The notes under the pieces: model-generated | Seen by the model: only the letters and a program-made list of their open reading frames with translations | Told to the model about the DNA's origin: nothing | Database searches by the model: none | Position numbers and translations under genes: made by a program | NCBI GenBank assembly: GCA_963666925.2 | Contig: CAXXTC010000003.1 | Span: 37,439-101,438 of the forward strand | Length of the DNA stretch: 64,000 nucleotides | Reading direction: 5' to 3' | DNA from: Phycisphaerae bacterium | GTDB taxonomy: Bacteria > Planctomycetota > Phycisphaerae > UBA1845 > Fen-1342 | Part shown: positions 50,002 to 59,842 of the stretch, piece by piece | Layout: each line of letters starts with the position of its first letter | Position numbering within the stretch: position 1 is the stretch's first letter

Positions 50002-51095
50002 TCAATTTTTCTTCGCGCGCTTCAATTCGTCATACTGTGCGGCCGTCAGCCCATACATAAGCCGCTGAAACGCGGGTTTATCGGTAGTCGCCAACACCCT
50101 GATCTTCGGCATCTTGGGCTCATTGGTCGTGAACTCGATCCAGATACCTTCGGTCGGAAACTGTGCCGGCGGAGGCAGTGACACCGTAGCACGCGCACGC
50201 TTCTTCGGAGTCGGAGCGTATTTGTTCGACCGCTGTGGTACCGAGCGCGCCGCCGCCACGTCGATCGCAACGCCGGAAGTGCTGCAACTGCTACCCGTAA
50301 TCGCGAAGTCGGGCTTGTCCCCGAAGTAACTCAGTGTGATCGAGCGTTGCTGCGGCTTCTCATCACTCTTCAGAAAATACATGGCCGCCGGCACGGTCTC
50401 GAGAATGGGCTTCACTTCGACTCGCGAGCCAATCTCCATCACCGGCTCGCGCTCCAGACCGGTCTCGATCAGGATCTTCCCACGCACCTTGACCGTGTCC
50501 AGGTGCTCCTTGGTTCGGCCAACGATCTCGTAGGTCAGGCCGGGGGTCACCTCGCGTATCTCCAGGTCGAGCATGGACATGTCCGTGCTCTTGATGCGCG
50601 GCTTCATCGGCTGATCAACCTGGTTCTCGAGCAGTACCGTAGAGGTCTGTCCGGGAGATCCGTCAGTGGTGCGAATGACCAATCCACCAAGCGGGGTGCG
50701 CTTGATGACGCGCTTGACGAAGCCCTCGATCGGCATGTGCACTTCCGGCCGATCCGGATCATTGCTCCGGATGATGACCTTCGAGGTCACACCGTCCTGC
50801 TTGCCGTGGGTGTTGTATATGACCCGGACGGTAGTGTTTTCGCCCGGGGGGACTAGCAGCCGACCTGGCTGCGTGTTGGTGCACCCCTCACGTAGTGCGG
50901 ACTTCGATGATCTTGAGCGGCGCGTCACCGTCGTTGCGTATCTCCAGAGTCATCTCAGGCTGCTCCGGGGTGCCAAACCTGACCGAAATTCCAACTCTCA
51001 GGCGCGAGGGCGATTCGGGGTTGGGCCGCCTCACTCAGCGTGGCGCCGGCCAGCAGCAACGCCACCAGTCCGCCAACATAATAACGAAATATCAT
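50002..51095 (-). CDS. DUF1573 exported protein, putative selenoprotein (T-T-U-G-C-T); two +1 frameshifts
   Basis: Signal peptide MIFRYY...AA|QPR; removing one base at 50965-70 and one G at 50884-87 gives WNFGQVWHPEQPEMTLEIRNDGDAPLKIIEVRTT*GCT...VPPGEN...RSNDP; TGA at 50888-50890. Confidence 0.7.
50856..50872 (-). promoter_or_regulatory. Putative bacterial SECIS hairpin
   Basis: GCAGCC-AGGUC-GGCUGC: perfect 6-bp stem starting about 15 nt after the UGA, with G at the second loop position. Confidence 0.6.
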
Positions 51096-51359
51096 AATCA
51101 TCCACTCCAGGGGCCAGGGGGGATTCAGATCGTCCGGACCATCCAGGTCGTTCTTACTGTTGTTGCATCCCACGCCCGCGGCGCTCGGCGCGGCCGGCAC
51201 AGGATCCGCGGCCCACCGGCTTTAACGCCGCTCAGCTGGCGGCGCCCGCGAACCCACAGTATCGGATTACTGCACAGGGGATTCAAGTCGAACCCAGGCG
51301 TGACACGAACAACTGAAACACCCGCCCCACCTCCGCTGTGAAGGTGGCGAAAAGGTACG

Positions 51360-52318
51360 CTACCCGCCGCCAATGGCCGGATTGTCCTTCATCGCGCGCA
51401 GCGTGTTTAGCACGGCCGGGCCCGCCAGCACTACGAACATGGCCGGAAAGATGAACATGATCAGCGGCATCATGAGCTTGACGGCCGTCTTCTGAGCGCG
51501 TTCCTCCGCCGCCTGGCGCCGCTTGGTACGTAACGCGTCAGCCTGGTTGCGTAGGGCGCGGGCGCGACGCTGGTACCAAACTTCTCCGCTTGCGTCATGA
51601 CCGAAACCAGCGTGCGGAGTTCGTCGACGCCGGTGCGAGCGGCCATGTTCTCCAGCGCCTCGCTGCGTGGCAGGCCCATCTGCGATTCCATGGTGCAGAT
51701 GCGCAACTCTTCAGAGAGTTCAGGGTGGACCGGGCTCATCTCGTCGCCGACGCGCTTGAGGGCGGCGTCGAGCGCCAGGCCCGCTTCGACCGACACGACC
51801 AGCAGGTCGAGCGTGTCGGGCAGGCCGTGGCGGACCTTGTTCTGGCGCCCGCTGACGGCGATGGTCAGCCACAGGCTGGGCAGCATCAACCCGGTGCCGG
51901 CACCGAAAGCCACAACGCCCGCGAGCATGGTCATATCAAAATGCATGAAAATCGCAACGAGCAGACCGATCGCCCCGCAGATCACTGCCGTGATGGACTT
52001 GCTGGCCAGAAATAGGGTCTGGGCCTGAGGCTGGCGGAAGCCGGCCATGGCCAGCCTCACCCGTAGATTGGTCTGCTCCTGGTCGCTGGTCGGCATGATG
52101 ATTCGTGAAAGCATCGGGGTGGCGCGCTGCATGAGCTGATCGGCCGCCGACTTGCGGGCCTGCTCGCGCAGGGCATCTATGCTGTCATCCCCTCGGCGAC
52201 CGGAGAGCCGGCGCCTGACCGCGTCACGATTATCGCGTTTGCGCGGCATCACGCTGTAGACGATCAGCACGGTCGCCAATCCGCCCAGCACGGCCAGCAT
52301 GATAATATTCTGGTCCAT
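51360..52318 (-). CDS. tadC: Tad pilus assembly protein TadC (T2SS F family); 2-nt frameshift near 51565
   Basis: LPDTLDLLVVSVEAGL, QAEKFGTSVA, continuing in another frame as RALRNQADALRTKRRQAAEERAQKTAVKLMMPLIMFIFP to TAG at 51360-62. Confidence 0.88.
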
Positions 52319-52328
52319 GTCGCGCTCC

Positions 52329-53342
52329 TCAGACCTTGATGTTCACGATCTTCTTGATCATCGCCCAGCCCATGAGCTGCATGACGCCGGCCACCGTCAG
52401 CATCATCTTGCCGGTCGGATCGAAGAAGAGCGTGTTGATGTAGTCGGGATTGACCTGCGTCAGGGCCAGCAGCACAACGACCGGCAAAGCCAGCAGTACG
52501 GCGCCGGAGAGTCGCCCTTCCGCTGTCAGCACCTGCACCGTCCCGAACAGGTCGATACGTTCGCGGATCAGGTGCCCGATCTTGTCGAGCACCTCGGCCA
52601 GGTCACCGCCGACCTGGCGCTGGATCAGGACCGCGGTAACGAAGAGACGCACGTCGAGCATGTCGACACGGTCGGCCAGGTTGCGCAGCGAGTCCTCGAT
52701 CTTCAAACCCAGGTTCTGTTCATGGAAGACCCGGCCGAACTCGGTACCGCATGGGTCAGGCACCTCGCGCGCGACGAGTTGCATGGCACTGGCGAGCGAG
52801 TGCCCGGCGCGTAAAGCCTGGCTGAGAAGCTCGAAAACTTCCGGCAACTGGGCCACCAGCTTGTTGAGTCGACGTTTGCGACGCCAGCCGAAGAACCAGA
52901 GCGGGACAATGAAGACGGCGGCGGCGGCACCGCAGTAGGCCAGCGGCGGCAGACCAATCGCAAACAGGCCGGCCAGTGTAACCATCGCGGTGATGGTCAG
53001 GTTGACCAGCGTCTGGGCGGCTGACCATGACAGGTTGGCCTGGTCGAGCGTGCGTTGCAGCTTGGTGGTGAAGCTCAGCTTGGCAAGCGACCGGGCCAGG
53101 AAGCCGGTAGCTTCAACGGTCCGGCGCCGGAAGTCCTCGAACTTCAGCGCTTCTTCCTGTTCGCGCCGACGAGCGCCGTCGCCGCGCAAACGATCGCGGA
53201 TCTTCTGGCGCTCATTGGTGCGCAGGTCGAACACGACGTTGAACACGCCGTAGGCCAGCAGCACCGAACCAAACAGCGGTAACAGCAACAGCAGGATGCT
53301 CTGCACATCCAGGGCGGCCATGATTGGAAGTGTGGCATTCAT
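52329..53342 (-). CDS. tadB: Tad pilus assembly protein TadB
   Basis: QLPEVFELLSQALRAGHS, EQNLG, IQRQVGGDLAEVL, LTAEGRLS. Confidence 0.92.
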   Translation of the reverse strand: MNATLPIMAALDVQSILLLLLPLFGSVLLAYGVFNVVFDLRTNERQKIRDRLRGDGARRREQEEALKFEDFRRRTVEATGFLARSLAKLSFTTKLQRTLDQANLSWSAAQTLVNLTITAMVTLAGLFAIGLPPLAYCGAAAAVFIVPLWFFGWRRKRRLNKLVAQLPEVFELLSQALRAGHSLASAMQLVAREVPDPCGTEFGRVFHEQNLGLKIEDSLRNLADRVDMLDVRLFVTAVLIQRQVGGDLAEVLDKIGHLIRERIDLFGTVQVLTAEGRLSGAVLLALPVVVLLALTQVNPDYINTLFFDPTGKMMLTVAGVMQLMGWAMIKKIVNIKV

Positions 53343-53346
53343 CGTT

Positions 53347-54489
53347 CTACCCGTCGTCTACCACCAGGTCACGAGCAACGAACCAGTCGGGGTCGATCAG
53401 CGCGCCGGAAGCCTTGAGACGGTCCATGAAGCTTGGCCGCACGCCGGTGGACACGATGCGGCCGAATGCCCGACCCTGACCGTTCACGCCGTCCTGCTCG
53501 AAACAGAAAATGTCCTGCATGGTGACAATGTCGCCTTCCATGCCCTGCACCTCGGTGACGTTGATGATCTTGCGCGGACCACCGGTCAGACGGGCGGCCT
53601 GCACGATCAGGTTGATGGCCGACGCGAACTGCTGCCGGATGGCCTTCGTGGGCAACTCGAACCCGGACATCATCACCATGGTCTCGACACGCTGGACGGC
53701 GTCGCGCGTGCTGTTGGCGTGAACGGTGGTCATGGAACCTTCGTGACCGGTGTTCATCGCCTGCAACATGTCCAGCGTCTCGCCGCCACGACACTCGCCA
53801 ACCACGATCCGGTCCGGACGCATGCGCAACGAGTTGATCAGCAGGTCGCGAATCGTGATGCGCCCCTTGCCTTCGATGTTCGGCGGGCGCGTCTCCAGGC
53901 GTACCACGTGCGGCTGGCGCAACTGGAGCTCGGCCGCATCCTCGATCGTCACGATGCGCTCATCCTCGGGAATGAAGCTGGAAAGATTGTTCAACAAAGT
54001 GGTCTTGCCCGAGCCGGTACCGCCGACGATCAGGATGTTGAGGGCCGCGTGAACACAGGCCCGCAAGAACTCGACGATCTCCGCAGCGCACGACTTGAAC
54101 CGCACGTAATCGTCCCAGGTGATCGGGTCGGACCCGAACCGGCGAATGGACAGCGAGGGGCCGTCAATCGCCAGCGGCGGAATGATCGCGTTGACGCGGC
54201 TGCCATCCTTTAGACGCGCATCCACCATCGGGCTAACTTCATCGCAGCGGCGACCGAGCGGCGAGACGATCTTGTCGATGATGTGCAGCAGGTGGGCGTT
54301 GTCTTTGAACTTAACGTCAGTCAACGTTAAGTTGCCACCACGCTCTACGTACACCTGCGCCGGACCGTTGATCAGAATGTCCGAGATGTGCGGGTCGGCC
54401 AGCAACGATTCGAGCGGCCCGAGGCCGAAGGTCTCGTCCAGAATCTCCTGGGCCAGGCGCTGGCGTTCGCTGAAGTTGAGTAGAGTGTT
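53347..54489 (-). CDS. cpaF: CpaF/TadA pilus ATPase, 5'-truncated
   Basis: GGTGSGKTT Walker [31 protein letters not shown]; homology runs upstream to [19 protein letters not shown], then an in-frame TAG at 54493-95 with no proper start. Confidence 0.92.
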   Translation of the reverse strand, partial: NTLLNFSERQRLAQEILDETFGLGPLESLLADPHISDILINGPAQVYVERGGNLTLTDVKFKDNAHLLHIIDKIVSPLGRRCDEVSPMVDARLKDGSRVNAIIPPLAIDGPSLSIRRFGSDPITWDDYVRFKSCAAEIVEFLRACVHAALNILIVGGTGSGKTTLLNNLSSFIPEDERIVTIEDAAELQLRQPHVVRLETRPPNIEGKGRITIRDLLINSLRMRPDRIVVGECRGGETLDMLQAMNTGHEGSMTTVHANSTRDAVQRVETMVMMSGFELPTKAIRQQFASAINLIVQAARLTGGPRKIINVTEVQGMEGDIVTMQDIFCFEQDGVNGQGRAFGRIVSTGVRPSFMDRLKASGALIDPDWFVARDLVVDDG

Positions 54490-54627
54490 GGACTACCCTT
54501 ACAGGGACAAGAAATGATGAACGCGTCAAAAGCCGTTCATACGTCATGGCGAACTTGATAACCCTGCCCTCGAGCTGATCCAGGGGCATCCAGAAGATAT
54601 CCACCAGAAGATATCCAAAGGATCAGA

Positions 54628-56946
54628 TCATGATTCCGCCTTGCGCACCCATTTGTAGAGACTGGGGTTGGTGCACACTTCGTAATACTTGCGAGAGGTG
54701 AAACGGATCGGTTTCAGCGAGGTGGGCTCGACCACCGGTATTTGGGCTTCACGGATGATCAGGCGCTGATACCGCCCGCTTTTGGTGGGGAACTTGCCGA
54801 GGTAGAGCGTGTATGTCTGATCCTTGCTGTTATTGAAGTTGCCGGGTAACATCTTGAGATCGATCTCTTTGGAGAGCTTCTCGAATCCCTGGGCGTTCAA
54901 CTCTATCCCGTTGACATTGTACCGTATGGAGAGATCGTCCGCCGTGGCGGCGATCTCCTCGTCAGACCTGCTCTGAAAGACATAGAGTCGGAAAGGGCCC
55001 TTCTTTTTGGCCAGCGCACTGCGCATTGTCTTCGAACAGCTGGAGAGGCGATCGGCATGGTTGATGGCCGATGAGATCATAATCCGGTTGTTCCCATCGA
55101 AGAGGAAGGTGGGGGCTTTCTCCAGATAGCTGATGCCCACCCCCAACTCCAGCACGGGCAACTCATGCTTGCGGCTCTTTTCGTTGTACCGCTGGATAAT
55201 GATCAGCATGTTGATGGCCAGTCCGCACGCCCTGGCAACGCCGTACCAGTCGCTGGGCGTATCCGCCCGCTCGAAGATCGAGAGAATAACGGCATCGCCT
55301 TCGATAAAGACCTTGGCCGCATCGTATTCGTTGAGAATCTCAGAAATGGGATCGAAAAAATTGAGGCTGAAGTAAGAGGCCGGATTCAATCCTCTCTCGA
55401 TCATCCGATGGGTCAGATCCGTCGACCCCCTCACATCCGCCTTGATCACGACATGGTTGATGATCGGTTTCTGGGATGACTCCTGTTCGTTGGGAAGCAG
55501 AAACTCATACAGTGTATTGTTTTCCCGAGAGAGGGTGACGATCTTCTCCTCGGTTGCGATCTGAACTCTCTGGATGCCCTCTTTGATGATGTCGCAATTG
55601 CTGACATCCCGATGATAGTGGGCAAACGCATTGAGGAAGCGTATCAAATACGCTTTTCGTTTTGCGGTGGTGATCTGCTCCATGGATTTGATCTTCTTGT
55701 TGAGCGGCGACAGGCTGAAAGGGCGGCCATAGACTGTGGAGAGGCGCTTCAATCGATGCTTGACGGCCCGCCGTGCTTTTGGCAGCGCCAGGTATTGCAT
55801 GATCTGCTGGGGATTGAGCGGGGGACAGTACTCCAGATACTCCGGTTGCATCTCGTAAGCGGCGGAAATTCGGCCGATCAAACCCTTTTTTACAAAGTGC
55901 TTGTAGAAATAGTTCAGCAGTAACTTTTGGTTCTTGACCCGGCGTTTGAGGCGGGAGATCTCTTTGGCGTCCGCCCTCTTTTTTCTGAGCTGTTGCAGTT
56001 CGGCCTTGGTACGCTGCCAGTTGAAAAGCCTGTCCATGTTCTCAAAACGAAGCAGTATGGCTTCGATCTTTCTGGCATAGGCCTTTTGCTCCTCTTCATC
56101 GGGTTCGGGCCCATCCATATCCGGCGTGGCCCGCTTATCGACGGGGAGGCGATTGCCGTTGGCATCGGCCGCATCGATGGTGCCGATCAACCTGCGGATG
56201 AAATAGAGCAGACGGTCGTACCGATCCGGATCTTCAATGCGGCGTCCCAACGCAACATCGTAAGCCAACAAAACAAAAAGTTCACTCTCCGCGTTTTCCA
56301 GGTGGAGCATCGCGGTGCCAAGAAGATCGACGAAAAAGGTGCTGCGGTTTCCAAAGATGGCCTCCCGCATCTGCTGAATTTCCTTGCGCTCCATCTCGAT
56401 CCAGAATCCGCAAATCTCCTCTCCCACCCGCTGCAGCAAGGCTTCCCGACCCTGAAGGATGAGCTGCAATTTGTTTTTCAGTTTGGGAGCCTCGTCCGAA
56501 TCATTGTGGAGTGCGAGGTCTGATTTGCGGGCGGTCTTTTTGAGGCTTCCAACCAGATGATCGTACTGGGAGCGAATCTCACCGAGCAGCAGTTTAACCA
56601 CGGCGGCCTGGGCCAGGCACTCGACCTGGGGCTCGCGAAGCCCCTTGGCCTTGTTCAGCGCATCGCGCATGATCTCTTTATATAGCTGCTTGTAGCTCTC
56701 GACCTCCTTGGCCCAACTGATGTTCTGGCGGTTGGGTTTGCGCTTTTCAATTCCGGCGTGGCGCTTGACGAGCTGCGTCACGATCTTGCGTGTGGCGGTA
56801 ACAAAAGTGGGACTGATGAGCACATCGTGCCGAATGTTGTCCACACCCGGAACGAGACGATCCAGAGAGAAGCCGAGGATGTAAGCTTCAAGATCGAAAT
56901 CGCTGATTGTAGGAAGTTTTGAAGTATAGGAGAAGTGACCTGCCAT
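54628..56946 (-). CDS. Large helical protein with C-terminal class III nucleotidyl cyclase-like domain
   Basis: VVIKADVRGST, KVFIEGDAVI, LELGVGI, ISSAINHADRLSS; no TM or signal peptide seen. Confidence 0.65.
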   Translation of the reverse strand: MAGHFSYTSKLPTISDFDLEAYILGFSLDRLVPGVDNIRHDVLISPTFVTATRKIVTQLVKRHAGIEKRKPNRQNISWAKEVESYKQLYKEIMRDALNKAKGLREPQVECLAQAAVVKLLLGEIRSQYDHLVGSLKKTARKSDLALHNDSDEAPKLKNKLQLILQGREALLQRVGEEICGFWIEMERKEIQQMREAIFGNRSTFFVDLLGTAMLHLENAESELFVLLAYDVALGRRIEDPDRYDRLLYFIRRLIGTIDAADANGNRLPVDKRATPDMDGPEPDEEEQKAYARKIEAILLRFENMDRLFNWQRTKAELQQLRKKRADAKEISRLKRRVKNQKLLLNYFYKHFVKKGLIGRISAAYEMQPEYLEYCPPLNPQQIMQYLALPKARRAVKHRLKRLSTVYGRPFSLSPLNKKIKSMEQITTAKRKAYLIRFLNAFAHYHRDVSNCDIIKEGIQRVQIATEEKIVTLSRENNTLYEFLLPNEQESSQKPIINHVVIKADVRGSTDLTHRMIERGLNPASYFSLNFFDPISEILNEYDAAKVFIEGDAVILSIFERADTPSDWYGVARACGLAINMLIIIQRYNEKSRKHELPVLELGVGISYLEKAPTFLFDGNNRIMISSAINHADRLSSCSKTMRSALAKKKGPFRLYVFQSRSDEEIAATADDLSIRYNVNGIELNAQGFEKLSKEIDLKMLPGNFNNSKDQTYTLYLGKFPTKSGRYQRLIIREAQIPVVEPTSLKPIRFTSRKYYEVCTNPSLYKWVRKAES

Positions 56947-57181
56947 AAATGCTTCACATCCGTATGGTCAATGCCATGAATATCTGTTCGAAAAACAGAG
57001 CCGAGCATAGCACGGGGGGCTAAAAAAGTCCATCTTTGCATGGTGTTACAGGTTGTTGTGCCGCGAGACCCTGTTCTGAAGAGTGGACGATGGCCTCTTT
57101 TCGATACTGCGTCCGCGTGCATGTAGCGGAAAGCGCCTTTATTGAACGGCCTCGAGGTCGAATCGCCGCCTGTTCAAGCAA

Positions 57182-58195
57182 CTAATTGGAAAACCCGGAT
57201 AGGCGACCCTGCTCGACCAACTTCAGCAAAACAGACACCACCTCCGGATCATAAAGGGTTCCGCTATGTTTGCTGATCTCATCTATGGCGTGTTGAAGCC
57301 CCAACGAGGGGCGATAAGGACGGTGGGAGGCGATGGTCTCAAACACATCCGCAACGGCGAGAATGCGGGCTTGGATCATGATCTCCGATGCTTTCAATCC
57401 CTGGGGATATCCGCTTCCGTCAAGCCTTTCATGGTGCTGCAATATAGTATCGGCCAGCGGCCATGGAAACTCGATTTGCTTTAAGATATCGTATCCCGCT
57501 TTCACGTGGTTTTTGATAAGTTCATACTCCAAGTCTGAAAGACGCCCAGGTTTGGCCAGGATCCCCGCCGGAACGGTAATCTTACCCAGGTCGTGAATCA
57601 CGCTTGCCATGCGAAGCCCATAGATATCATCTTCACCCATTCCCATTTCGGCTGCGACGATGCAGGCCAGATCGGCCACCCGTTGTTGATGGCCGGCGGT
57701 ATAGGGATCGCGTATCTCCACCGCCATAGAGATGGCCTGGACGATCCCCTCCATCGCGCGCCTGAATTTGTCCAGGTTGATCTTGAGGTCGCCAAGGGCC
57801 TTTTTGAGCTCTTGCCTGGCGCCCCTTTCGGAGAGGACACGCTTGAGTCGGGCCACGAACTCCGCGATGCGAACCGGTTTCTGGATGAAATCACTGGCCC
57901 CCTGCTCGACGATATCCTCATAATTGAAATCGTCCACATAGCCGGTCATGATGATCACGTCGGCGGCGAAATTGGATTTGATCTCACGCAACAACTCAAT
58001 GCCGCTCGTCTCAGGCATCCTGATGTCGGCCACGACGACATCGATGTTGTGCTGCTCCAATATCTCAAGTGCCGACCGGGCGCCATCTGCGATGTGGCAA
58101 CGGTAGCCGGCAAGCTCGATACCGGTCCTCAGCATTTGGCGGATCGTCGCATCGTCATCTACAACCAGAATGGTATTGTCGTCCTTGGCGTGCAT
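57182..58195 (-). CDS. Response regulator with HD-GYP phosphodiesterase domain
   Basis: REC VVDDD, ADIRMP, FIQKP; RDPYTAGHQQRV, HDLGK, HHERLDGSGYPQG. Confidence 0.95.
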   Translation of the reverse strand: MHAKDDNTILVVDDDATIRQMLRTGIELAGYRCHIADGARSALEILEQHNIDVVVADIRMPETSGIELLREIKSNFAADVIIMTGYVDDFNYEDIVEQGASDFIQKPVRIAEFVARLKRVLSERGARQELKKALGDLKINLDKFRRAMEGIVQAISMAVEIRDPYTAGHQQRVADLACIVAAEMGMGEDDIYGLRMASVIHDLGKITVPAGILAKPGRLSDLEYELIKNHVKAGYDILKQIEFPWPLADTILQHHERLDGSGYPQGLKASEIMIQARILAVADVFETIASHRPYRPSLGLQHAIDEISKHSGTLYDPEVVSVLLKLVEQGRLSGFSN

Positions 58196-58243
58196 ATGGA
58201 ATCATCCATTATATTCGATGAGATAAGCCACGCCCCCGGCACA

Positions 58244-59557
58244 CTATTTTTTGGGCGGTTTCAAGCGTATGCCGACCGAGCGGGCATGCGCCTCCAGGCC
58301 CTCGATTTCAGCCAGGCACATGATATCCCCAGCCTCCTTTTTAAAGGCCTCGGCCGTGTAGTGAATCACGCTGGTGTTTTTCAGAAAGTGGTTCACGCCC
58401 AATGCGGACGAGAAGCGGGCGGTACCGGCTGTGGGCAGCACATGGTTGGGGCCGGCGACATAATCCCCCACCGGCTCCGGGGTATAGCTTCCCAAGAAGA
58501 CGGCGCCGGCATGCTTGATGCGGCCCAGGTAGTTGAATGGCGCGCTCACTTGCAGTTCAAGATGCTCGGGCGCGATGCGATTGGCCAGATCGATGGCGGC
58601 GTCCATGTCGGGCACCACCACCAGAGCGCCATACGCCTTGAGCGCCTTTTCGGCGATCTCTCTGCGCGACAACAGCGCAACTTGACGTTTCAAAGACGCC
58701 TTGACGGCCAGCGCCGTGGATCTGTCATCGGTGAGCAAAACCGCCGATGCCCTCGGGTCGTGCTCCGCCTGGGCCAACAGGTCGGCGGCCACAAAATCCG
58801 CGTTCGCAGTTTGATCGGCGATGACCAGCACCTCGCTGGGACCGGCGATCATATCGATCTGGACACTGCCGGCCACCAGCTTCTTGGCAAGGGTCACGTA
58901 AACGTTGCCCGGCCCGACGATCACATCCACCTTGGGAATCGTCTCAGTGCCATAGGTCAAGGCGGCGATCGCCCAGGCACTGCCGACCTTGTAAACCGCA
59001 TCGACGCCGGCGCGCTTGGCCGCCACGAGCAGATGGGGGCTGACACCACCGTCCCGGGTGGGCGGGGTGACCATGGCCACGCGAGGCACGCCGGCGATTT
59101 TGGCCGGAATGGCCCCCATCAGTACGGACGATACCAGTGGCGTCTCTCCGCCCTTTGCCCCAGGCACATAAACGCCGGCCGCATCCACCGGATTCACCAT
59201 CTGTCCGAGAAAAGTACCCGGCCTGGGCGTCACATGCCACGAGTTGGGCAACTGTTTGCGATGAAATGCTGAAATCTGTTCGATGGCCCGCCCCAGGGCT
59301 TTTTTGAACTTGCGATCGACCAGGCGCTCTGCGGCCGTGAACTCCTCTTTGGTCACCTCGATCCGCCCGACCGTCAGCTTCGGCGCATCGAATTGACGCG
59401 TATAGTCGATCAGGGCCTGGTCTCCCTGTTTGCGAACGGTCTCCAGAATACGTTGTACGGCAGTCAGCTCCTTGCGGCTGAAGGCCAGATCGCGTGAGAC
59501 AATGCGATCCAGACGCTTCACGGCAGCTTCCGACGGATACTCCAATATCGTGATCAA
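58244..59557 (-). CDS. hisD: Histidinol dehydrogenase
   Basis: GVYVPG, VGPGNVYV, IDMIAGPSE, QAEHD, APEHLEL, GDYVAGPNHVLPT; TTG start after AAGGGGAAG. Confidence 0.96.
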   Translation of the reverse strand: MITILEYPSEAAVKRLDRIVSRDLAFSRKELTAVQRILETVRKQGDQALIDYTRQFDAPKLTVGRIEVTKEEFTAAERLVDRKFKKALGRAIEQISAFHRKQLPNSWHVTPRPGTFLGQMVNPVDAAGVYVPGAKGGETPLVSSVLMGAIPAKIAGVPRVAMVTPPTRDGGVSPHLLVAAKRAGVDAVYKVGSAWAIAALTYGTETIPKVDVIVGPGNVYVTLAKKLVAGSVQIDMIAGPSEVLVIADQTANADFVAADLLAQAEHDPRASAVLLTDDRSTALAVKASLKRQVALLSRREIAEKALKAYGALVVVPDMDAAIDLANRIAPEHLELQVSAPFNYLGRIKHAGAVFLGSYTPEPVGDYVAGPNHVLPTAGTARFSSALGVNHFLKNTSVIHYTAEAFKKEAGDIMCLAEIEGLEAHARSVGIRLKPPKK

Positions 59558-59842
59558 TGTCTTCCCCTTGTCGATTGGATTTTTAAACATAGGCGGCGCG
59601 ACCCGGACGAAAAACGAATATGGGCAATTGATCATGGGGTGTCAAGTGGTATCCGTGTCGACGCACACATCGGCAGTATTACCGATTCGACCAGAGCCGC
59701 AGAAATTGCCCGTACCGCAACTCAAATTGGCATTGACTTGTTGCTCGCGATTTAAGATAAAAAGTAGTTTTTCCCCAATCTCGAACAGGCCGATACCAGA
59801 GCATCCTCTATCGGCCATCATTCACATAAAATGGAGGTACTC

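Noticed and set aside
54590..54617. Tandem 14-bp duplication CCAGAAGATATCCA
   Set aside because: Real, but only two adjacent copies about 100 nt from the junction, with no element between them to make it a target-site duplication
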